From Octopus bimaculoides (taxonomy: Eukaryota), in contig NC_068982.1 of NCBI RefSeq assembly GCF_001194135.2, positions 859,456 to 923,455 on the forward strand: 64,000 nt of DNA. Reading direction: 5' to 3'. The notes beneath the pieces were generated by a model. The model had not been told where the DNA came from and made no database searches. It saw nothing but the letters and a program-made list of their open reading frames with translations. A program made the translations under genes and the position numbers. This document shows positions 53,125-64,000 of the stretch, in pieces; position 1 is the first letter of the stretch, and each line of letters begins with the position of its first letter.

Positions 53125-55401
53125 ATGTGTGTCCCTGAAAGTCATTGCTGCATGAGTTTGCTGATATTTTCTGACTGAGATTAATATCTCCCTGTGTGCG
53201 GTGGCGTGTGTGTGTATATATCGCACACAAACACCCAGTTACTTCCCCCCCCCACACACACACTCACCCAGAGACGCCAACCATTCTTCACACTCTCTTG
53301 TTCCAGAAAGCACTTTCTCTTTGTCCATCTATTTCCGATTATTCCAAAATGTAACTACACGTGGCCTGTTGGCGATTTTTCTCTTCCTTCTTCCTTTTCT
53401 TTCGGACTTTCCTCTGTCTCCTGTTTCCGAAGAGGAGTTTTGCTCGAAACGTAAAACAACCACTCTTTCTTTCCTTCTCTGAGCATCTTATTAATACTTT
53501 GCATGTACCACATCTTTGCGTTGTTGGTTTTTTCTTCTTTGTTTTCTTTCTTTTTTTAAATTAACTATATATATATATCCAAACACAAACACACATACAC
53601 GTCCACATATCAAAAATGAGCTATGAGTAATAATTTAGAGTCGCCACTGGTATGAACAGCATAGACAAATACTGGGTGTTCAAATAATACAATATAATAA
53701 ATAAGAATGGTCTCTTACTCTAGAGGATGTGTCAAAATTACAAAAGGTAAATGAGACCGGCTGTTAATGGAAAGAAGAGGTAAGCTCCAAATCAAACATT
53801 TTCCAGAGTTGACATGCCATTTACGGTGATTGACAGGCTTATAAAAGGACAATCTCACTTGTCATTTGGAAGATAAATGGACAATCTCACTTGTCATTTG
53901 GAAAATTGTGAAACATCCTCTAGAGGCGGAGAAAATTTAAACAGATCAATAGTCTCTGTTGTCCCTGGTTCTCTCTACCATTGTTCCATTTCATTCCACT
54001 AGCCTCCGCACCTTATTCCTTTTAGCTCACTTTTTTAAAACTATGCAAAAAAGCCGAAACCGTTCTACTCATCTTTGTTCTACTCTCTTAGGCCACTGAA
54101 GAGAAGGTAAGTCATTTGTCTCGCCGATGGCACTTCTTGAAGTTAAAACCCCTGTCTGCAACTTCGGTCTATCTTCTGACCATAAACCAGTTCTTTGTCT
54201 TAATAAAGTTCCAACTTTGGAGAATTTATTCTTGCGATTGTCTCCCTTTCTGAGACGGAGCTGCTCTCAATTACCAGTTGTGACTGTGTCACACCCTTTA
54301 GAAGGGGTAATATTAATAAATCAAAAGTTCATGATGTATGGTTCTTAATATATCTGTATATGCCTCTATTTCTAACTCTACACACACACACACATACACA
54401 CACAAGCACACATGCGCATATGTATACTTATATGTAGATACAGACCCAGGCATGCGTGTATACATAGAAACACGTGTGTGCATGTGTGTGAGTACGTGCG
54501 CCTAAACAGAATGAGTTCTTTTTTTATGGCTGGAGTCAGTGATGCAAAGATAAGATACCCGTGATGTTCAGCTGATTGCAAGTCTACCCGTCTCAATCAT
54601 TTACCCTTTCCTCTTCTCCTTTCCATTCTTACAGTCATAGGAATGAGATAAGAATTTTTGATCTCACAAAGCAGTTATTTGCTGGAACTATTTCTTCCTA
54701 CTTATTTGATGTGATTAAGCTTGACCACCGTCCAACATCTGTTGGTTTACCTCTATTTGAAAATGCTTGGAAGGAAGCCAATAAATGGAACTGAAGGTAG
54801 CAATGCAAAAATGAACCGTCCAGGGTGTGCACTGGATTATAAATTTGATGCTTTAAAACGGTTTGATGCGGGGTAAAACATCAGCCACATTGCCAAAACA
54901 TTAAAACGTCTAATGTACGAACAATAGGTGACAATAGCGAGAAATTACATGAAGCTTTCAACAAGTTAACTCTCTTAACGGCCAGGACATTATTTTTTCC
55001 ATAGACCGAATAGAATACTTAAAATGGAATGGTTTCCGGGTATATGGAACAAGGAGGACGTAATATACGATGCTAAGTATTTCAAAAAACCCAAGGCATC
55101 TTTGGTACGATTTTTAGAAAAAGAAAGAAGAAACTGCAAATGAGAAACATATTCTGGTTTGTCGAGGCTGGTTTGAAAGACAGAAAAGTGCTTGAATTGA
55201 CATATCTTAAAACTCTGCTCGACATGACTGATGAAACTGCCAATACGGACACAGAGACTGTTACTAATTATCTTGGGCAGCGAAAGAAAATTTTCTTGAA
55301 GGAGACGACACACCAGAACGAATACACAAGGTTGATGAAAGTGTACTTTTTCTGGAAGCTCATTCCTGTTAGAATTGAAAAGAAACAAACACAGCAAAAA
55401 C

Positions 55402-55557
55402 CGCGGGTGTGGCTGTGTGGTACGAAGCTTACTTTTCAACCACATGGTTCCGGTTTCAGTTCCACTGCGTAGCACCTTGGTCAAGTGCCTTCAACTAAAG
55501 CCTCAGGCCGACCAATGCCTTGAGAATAGATTTGATTGACGGAAACTGAAAGAAGCA
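55402..55557 (+). mobile_element. SINE family A, 5' half (interrupted at its internal microsatellite)
   Basis: GTGGCTGTGTGGT..AACCACATGGTTCCGGTTTCAG..GGAAACTGAAAGAAGC; a (TATG)n tract resumes at 56215. Confidence 0.88.
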
Positions 55558-56214
55558 CGAGGAAGAAGTCAAACATTTTCCGCACTTTCGCCATAGCATA
55601 TCTTTATTATTATCACCCTGCCTTCTGCGCATGCATGCTTATAATGGTCACGTGATCGAAGTCTGAGTCTGATCGCGCCATTTTTCTTTCTGCTTTTACA
55701 GTGCAAGCATGACCCCTCCACCAGCAATGTGCACCAAAGGAGAACAAAGAGCAGTGATCCGAGAGATGGTAGTGGTCAACCGGTTCACCACTACCATCTC
55801 TCAAGCTTGCTGAATCTTCTCATCAGTGGTGGAGGTTGATGGGCGTCCTGCTCCCTCTTCATGCGTCACGCTTGTCCAACCCCTTTTAAACTTCTCAATC
55901 CACTCATACACACTTCCAGGCGGTAGAGCACTGTTTCCGTATTGTGCTAAAAGCCTTTGATGAATTACAGCACCTGACACACCTTCCGACCAGAGAAATC
56001 GGATCAATGCTCGTTGTTCTTCTTTGGTGCACATTGCTAGTGAAGTGGCCATGCTTACACTGCAAAACTAGAAAGAAAAAAAGCACGGTCAGGCTCAAGC
56101 TTCGATCACGTGACCACAACAGTATCGACTATAAGCACGCATGCGCAGAAGGCAGTGTGATAATAATAAGGATATGTTATAGCTAAAGTGCGGATAATTT
56201 TTCACTTACCCTCG
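55558..56214. mobile_element. Fold-back non-autonomous mariner made of two inverted 5' ends
   Basis: Right end is the reverse complement of TA|CGAGGGTAAGTGAAAAATTATCCGCAC; left end CGAGGAAGAAGTCAAACATTTTCCGCAC. Minus ORF MATSLAMCTKEEQRALIRFLWSEG..VYEWIEKFKRG..GAGRPST (mariner N-terminal HTH). The plus arm encodes MTPPPAMCTKGEQRAVIR. Confidence 0.88.
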
Positions 56215-56609
56215 TATGTATGTATGTATGTACGTATGTATTGATGGATGGATGATGTATGTATCCATTACTGAGATGCTTCTTGAGGGTGGAAATGCCT
56301 CTTGTGATATGACATTGAAGCTCCAACTCGTGTATAACTCCCAAAATCCAAGTACGTTTAAGGTTTACGGAAAGTTTCATTTTCCTCTTGGAAGAATGGT
56401 TTTCAGACATGTCCTGCCGTAGAAAGATACAGTCTTATAAAAAGTTACAGGAAAGTTTAGCTCGAAAAATGATGAATCGTTTTAGACAATGCACCGGGTC
56501 AGCCAGTAAACTCGAATGAGTTTTCTGATAATATGAGAGGGGAATATATATCCTAAGAATACAGCTTAGCTCCAGCCAAACGATGAAGGTCTGGTCTTTA
56601 TTTTTTATC

Positions 56610-56819
56610 TTTATCTTTTACTTGTTTTCTGTCATTAGACTCTGGCCATGCTGGTGTACAACACTAGCAGAATTTTAGCCGAAAGAATATTTTAAGGCCT
56701 GCTACTTGTTCTATGAGTTCTCTTTTGCGGAATCGCCAAATTAACGGATAGGTAAGCACATCAGCAAGCGGTGGTGGGACACACACACACACACATACAC
56801 ACACCCACACACACACACG

Positions 56820-56854
<35 letters not shown>

Positions 56855-57040
56855 GCACGCACGCACCCCCACACACTTACACGATGGAATTCTGTCAGAT
56901 TCCCAGTTTGCGCCAACCAAATCCAATCCTAAGGCTTTGGTAGGCCCCTGGCTATAGTAGAAGTTATTCATCCAAGGAGCTACGCAGAGTGACGGAACCC
57001 TGATCTATGTCGTTGGGAAGCAAACTTCTTACTAAACAGA
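56610..57040 (-). mobile_element. SINE family A, degenerate, inserted in the Tigger remnant
   Basis: Tail TTTTACTTGTTTTCTGTCATTAGACTCTGGCCATGCTGG, internal (CA)n, GCTATAGTAGAAG, decayed head. Confidence 0.75.
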
Positions 57041-58037
57041 AATGTCTGCACGTGTGGTAATCAACTTCAACGCATATTATGAAAGCAACTGGTAGGCAGA
57101 AGATAAGTCTACCGTTTCAGATATCTGGAAGAAGTTCAACATAATGGATGCCGTGAAATGAGCCACAAGATGATGGGAAACCCGGAAAATGGATGGTACC
57201 CGGAGAAAATGTATAACTAGAATGTATGAATGGCTTTACAAGTTTTCCTCAAGGAGAAGGTTTACACCAAATTCCAAAAAGTACTGTGTCACTTGCAAAT
57301 GATGTAGGTTTGAAGTTGTAAAGAATGGTTGCTAGAGCCCCGTAGAAAAATTAAACTAATGAGAAGCTGACATTGTTAGACTAAATGACAATTCCACTTA
57401 AATTCACTTAAATTCACTGCAAAGAATATTGCCAAAGGAAGTTCTGTAAGTATATCTTCAGAACTTCTTTTAACTACTCTAATCGTGAACATAATATAAA
57501 TATTATAAGAGGAGCTCGCAGGAAATAATGCGCTATAAACATCAAACAATTTGGATAGGTTTTTCGCCTCTTCCCAGTAACTCATTTCACCATTGTAGTT
57601 CTATCAGAGTTGTCAGCATCTTTTGTAATCAGAAAGTATCCTGTTGCGATATTACAATTGCCTAACTTATATCTCTTCAAATATCCCCGTGTCTACGTAT
57701 TGTTGGACGTAGGTTTAGCAATTGTTATTTTCATGCTTAAACTTGATCTTGTTGTTTGTTGTTTGCTGTCGTTGACGTCTTTTGAAGGAAATCCGTTGAA
57801 ACGCTTGATCGCTTTATGATATGAAAATCATAGGGAAAATCTATTTTGCGGCATAGTATTTCACTTTGCCACATGATATACGAGAACTTACTATTTGCGT
57901 ACGCAGGGTAGTCATCAACCAGTTTTGCTATCTTTGTATTGAATACACCCATTGTTTAAGCAAAGCGTTTCAGCTGCTCTTATGAATATATACATATGTA
58001 TACATACACGCACATCCTAGTACAAAGTAAACACACC

Positions 58038-58109
<72 letters not shown>

Positions 58110-58349
58110 NNNNNNNNNNNNNNNNNNNNNNNNNNNNNNNNNNNNNNNNNNNNNNNNNNNNNNNNNNNNNNNNNNNNNNNNNNNNNNNNNNNNNNNNNNN
58201 NNNNNNNNNNNNNNNNNNNNNNNNNNNNNNNNNNNNNNNNNNNNNNNNNNNNNNNNNNNNNNNNNNNNNNNNNNNNNNNNNNNNNNNNNNNNNNNNNNNN
58301 NNNNNNNNNNNNNNNNNNNNNNNNNNNNNNNNNNNNNNNNNNNNNNNNN

Positions 58350-58406
<57 letters not shown>

Positions 58407-58967
58407 ATATATATATATATATATATACACATAAAACAAATATACATATATATAGATGTATGTATCTATGTAGGTATATGTGTGTATATATATGTATGTA
58501 TGTATATATATGTATGTATATATGTATGTACGTATGTATGTATATATGTATGTATATATGTGATAAATTGTAACTCATTCGACACTCTAGGGCATTACTT
58601 ATTCAGTTTTTTGACATAGATCAGAGTTAGACAATACAATCTTGTAAGACAACCGTTGAGTTCCTATAGAAAGAAAAAAGCCGATTCCAGTGCATACAGA
58701 ATGGTAAAATAGTAAAGTAAACAAACCGGCATTGATTTCGTTCATGTCGGTTTGAAAAACTGACATCTGTGGATAATATGAGAAAATACGTTTATCGAGG
58801 ATGTATACAATGCTCTACTTCTGGTGTTTGTCTAATGAGAATACTTATAAAACTCAATGGAAACGAATGGATGAGCGAAATTTCTTAGCCATTGATATGA
58901 CCATTTGTTTGCATACACGCACGCACACACACCACACCCCCCACATATACGCATTTACTCACTCACC

Positions 58968-59009
<42 letters not shown>

Positions 59010-59250
59010 CNNNNNNNNNNNNNNNNNNNNNNNNNNNNNNNNNNNNNNNNNNNNNNNNNNNNNNNNNNNNNNNNNNNNNNNNNNNNNNNNNNNNNNNNNN
59101 NNNNNNNNNNNNNNNNNNNNNNNNNNNNNNNNNNNNNNNNNNNNNNNNNNNNNNNNNNNNNNNNNNNNNNNNNNNNNNNNNNNNNNNNNNNNNNNNNNNN
59201 NNNNNNNNNNNNNNNNNNNNNNNNNNNNNNNNNNNNNNNNNNNNNNNNNN

Positions 59251-59323
<73 letters not shown>

Positions 59324-60211
59324 TGCATTTGTACACTGCTAGTACAAATAAGAAATTGAATACTCAAACTGCAACGTATTTAAACTTGAAATTGAGGGAA
59401 CGAAACGTATAGAATTCAAAAATATTTTCTCGGCAGAGAAAATAAACAAAATTCATATACTTAATATATACACATGTATCCTCGTGCAAGCATAGAAGCG
59501 CAAGCACGCACACACATATGAGTCTGTTTGATGTATAAAAAGAGAGTAGAATGTTTTTGCATTTCTAAGTTCGTGAGAATATATCAAATGTAGTGCGTGA
59601 GTGCAAATTTCGAAATCGTGTTTTTATTTACCGATGTCACTTTGTGCATTGAGGTATTTCTCAATATGTACTTATTCAATTTACTGTAAAACTGTGTTGA
59701 AGAATGTCTACTAGTTATTATCGACAGAGCCACTTCTACCAAAGAAGGTGCACATACGTCGAAAATATCTTAATGATTTATGCACGCAATAGAGTATTGC
59801 AGAAACGCTTGGGTATTCAGCTAAGATCATACTAACATTACAAACGCGAAGCAATGATCAAGTCGGACGAAGCGTAATGGTGTAACATAACAATTGACAC
59901 ATACATAGATACATATACATACACATCATACATACATATATACACACATCATACATACATATATATTATTGAGAAATCGGTGCCGGTGTAGTATGTGATC
60001 TACATACATGCTTGTGGTATAGCTTATGATCTACACCGACTTTTTTTTTATTTACATTTAAAATTCATCTATTTACTTGACTTCTGGTTGGTTTGACATA
60101 TAAACCGACAAAACATTTATGATTAAAACACTTTTAGTCCTGAACCCATTGAAAGAAGTCGTGATGAGTGCTAAAGCATTTTTACACGCAGGTTATTCCA
60201 GATGAAGAAGC

Positions 60212-61196
<985 letters not shown>

Positions 61197-61466
61197 ACAC
61201 GAGACGGATGAATTCTCGGAAGGCCTCCGCATTATCAACGTAGAGTATACAACCTACTTAAATATAACGAATCCTCATTCAGCTCTGGTCTTCCCAAGTG
61301 TATACTAGACATATTGATGTGACAAACTGTCGTGAACAAAATCTCTTTCATTCCTATGCGATAACCTGTATTGCAATAAACAGTGACGTCCCCAGATAGT
61401 AAGGAATAAAATATGTGTCGTAAGCGTTAAATATACGAATGCATTCCAAAACAGAGAGGAGTTAGT

Positions 61467-61507
<41 letters not shown>

Positions 61508-61775
61508 GTTATTCTTGTTGTTGTTGTTGTTGTTGTAATTGATGTATGTTTCGTAGGTGGCAAATTAGGAGGAGTCTTGTGGTATGGGGCAAAATCATGT
61601 GTAGAAAATTCACCGTAACCATTTTTGCTGCAGGGAAAATTTGCAGTAAATTCGCTTGGAATTTTCATGTATTAAATGACGTCATCACGATTTTTTAATG
61701 TTTGACGTTGAATACAGACTTACCTATTTCATACTTTTATCATTCTCTCTTTTTTTAAATCTAAAAAGTGATGTC

Positions 61776-61975
61776 ATTATCTCCGCCAAGGAAGGAGGTT
61801 ATGTTTTCATTGGCGTTGGTTTGTCCGTCTGTCCCTCTGTCTGTCCGTCTGTGTGCAAAATAACTCAAAACGATGTGGACAGTATTTGATGAAACTTGCA
61901 GGAAAAGTTGGTAATGACACCAGGGACAGATGATGAAATTTTGGTAGCGATCCGGAAATTTTTATGGATTCTTGA
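61776..61975 (+). mobile_element. Helentron-associated interspersed element (HINE/DINE-1-like), 5' part
   Basis: Starts ATTATCTCCGCCAAGGAAGGAGGTTATGTTTTC, followed by a (GTCY)n tract and ATAACTCAAAA..TTTGATGAAACTTG..AATTTTGGTAGCGATCCGGA, the layout I recognise for HINEs. 3' end not resolved. Confidence 0.65.
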
Positions 61976-62934
61976 AGGGTTTTTCATTTGTTATATTTAT
62001 TTTACATGAAGTATTACAATGTTACATTCTTTGATTATCTCCCCTGAAAACACGTTTATTGTTTCCACATAACCAATGGTGGCGTTGCTGTTTAAAATTA
62101 GGAACAAGTCAAATAAATTGTTGAGCTGAGACATCATTAAATATCTTTTCAAGGTGATGCTATTACATTAGTCGTGGCCTGGGCCATTTCTGATCAAAAC
62201 ATATCTAAGTATCTAATAAAAATGAAACCTTGGGTTATGAATTTAATTTGTTCGTGAAGGCCATTCATCACCCGAAGTGTTCGTGAACCGAAGCTATTTT
62301 CCCACTCGACATTCAAGAGAAGGTACGACGGCGAATTCGAGTAGCAATGTGCACGGAGCAAAAGCTAGCAATTGACGCTCTCCCGGTGATACTCCCAGCT
62401 TGTCGCGAACCATTGTTGCCAGCCTGCGTGTTCGTTATTCGAATGATCGTCAAAGCAGCTACACGGCTTGGCTGATATTTAACCCGAGGAAAATGTGACT
62501 TTGTAGTGGAGAGTAGAATCGTTTGACTGCAATAAAATCTTGTTTTTCTTTGAATTGATAACTGTTCTTCGCGTAGAGAAAAATGAATCTCTCCGTTTAT
62601 ATACGCACTAAGTCTTTGGAGATGTTTCTGCTATCTGGCCGTGTAATGGGATCCATCACATATAGGTACAGGTATGGTAATACATACATTCTATATTATA
62701 GGGACCAAAAACCATATTCAGTGATGTAGTCATGGATATACAAAAAGAGGGAACGTTCTTGACGGGAAAGACTCTGACCTTAAATGTTTAGCCCCAGACA
62801 ATCTGGGCAAAACCACTCCATGGAAGTACAGTATCTGTTGGTTTCAATTCAATTGGTGTAAATTCTTTAGATTGAACATAGAACAATGTGACAAACCATT
62901 GCTCTTATGCAAACATTGAACAAAGTTTTACAGA

Positions 62935-63020
62935 TTCTTAGGTTTTAGGGTCACTGACAGGGATCGAACCGAATATCTATTGCTTAATGGCTGACCGATG
63001 TTATGTTTTACACCACAGAA
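62935..63020 (-). mobile_element. Degenerate tRNA-like SINE head (possibly a third family)
   Basis: Reverse complement contains TGGTGTAAAAC (A-box-like) and GGTTCGATCCC (B-box). Confidence 0.3.
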
Positions 63021-63299
63021 CATATATCAAGTCTACTCTTTCAAACGATGTACTTAAATTGTATATTTCTTTAGGTTTTGTTTTACAACTGTGCTATTAT
63101 TTACCTTAATAAGACAACTGGTAAGTCCCTTAGAGTAGTGTAATTATAAGCATGGATGTCTACCCTACAAAGGTCTTTCATTTTGATTCACTGTTTAGAG
63201 GAAGAAATAATTCCATGAATCGAACTAGCAAACGAAAAGACTTATCTACACAAATATGGACTATTAAGTAATATATTGTAGATAGAAGAAAAGGAAAGC

Positions 63300-63353
<54 letters not shown>

Positions 63354-63850
63354 TAATCATTATATATATATATAATATATATATATATATAAAAGTCGAA
63401 TGCCTTAATGAATTTGGATATTTTAGACTTTTGTGTTGTCAGTAATCACTTGGGTTAAAATCATTTATACTCCTGATAAAAGAAGACGGGCTTAACGAAT
63501 GTCTTACACGCACACACACGCATGCACATGCACACACGCGCGCACGATGAACGCACACACACGCACATACACCAACACACATACAAACACGCACACGCAC
63601 GCACATATATAAGTTTATCTGTTTCAGCGTAGATTTGGCGCAGCGCCAGCTAAGGATGTGCTTAAGGCGAAACTGTGGCGAAACAGATGTTAAAACATTA
63701 CGCAAGAGCACAGACACATACATACCCACACTTAAAAACATCCATACACTCACGTTCACACACATGTACATGTATGCATGGATGTACTCTGTGTGTGTGT
63801 GTGTGTGTAAAAATATATATGTATATATATACACACACACAGAATATATG

Positions 63851-63882
<32 letters not shown>

Positions 63883-64000
63883 TAGCGAGTTAATATTCTT
63901 TTTCTATTTTCAGGCATGATAAAGACAATTTTACATTAATCTGATGGGTTATTCTATACTTTTGTAGAGTATAAATTTATTATTCTTAAACAGATCGGAA

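Larger units (their letters stand above)
54800..57400 (+). mobile_element. Tigger/pogo transposase pseudogene split by nested insertions
   Basis: Collinear fragments: LDYKFDALKRFDAG*NISHIAKTL; RGWFER; MTDETANTDTE..FFWKLIP; then after the insertions EGGNASCDMTLKLQLVYNSQNP, LDNAPGQPVN, PKNTA*LQPNDEG; then VINFNAYY, TVSDIWKKFNIMDAVK, SLANDVG. Confidence 0.85.

Overview
Repeat-saturated, AT-rich eukaryotic window from a gapped draft assembly (12 N-runs, each flanked by a microsatellite or homopolymer). The SINE families and the (TA)n/(CA)n/(TATG)n/(AAT)n density suggest an octopus or other coleoid cephalopod; this is inferred, not database-checked. There is one credible host gene: the first coding exon (19715-20623, +) of a class A neuropeptide-type GPCR covering the N-terminus to ICL3, ending at a phase-0 GTAAGT donor. 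I found no TM6-TM7 exon, so the remaining ~43 kb is probably intron 1. The rest is decayed mobile DNA: RTE, R4/Dong-like, Tx1/L1 and Penelope retroelement fragments, two tRNA-type SINE families, mariner, maT (DD37D) and Tigger/pogo remnants, MITEs, a possible solo LTR and a Helentron-type HINE. Most notable: (1) a type I hammerhead ribozyme fold with a 28-bp helix I, sense-oriented in the GPCR intron, but carrying two core substitutions; (2) a fold-back mariner made of two inverted 5' ends with a 42-bp palindromic centre, nested in a SINE nested in a Tigger; (3) a uORF whose stop overlaps the GPCR start codon; (4) inverted SINE pairs; (5) a candidate 15-nt in-frame microexon. All translations and alignments were done by eye; TE boundaries are approximate.
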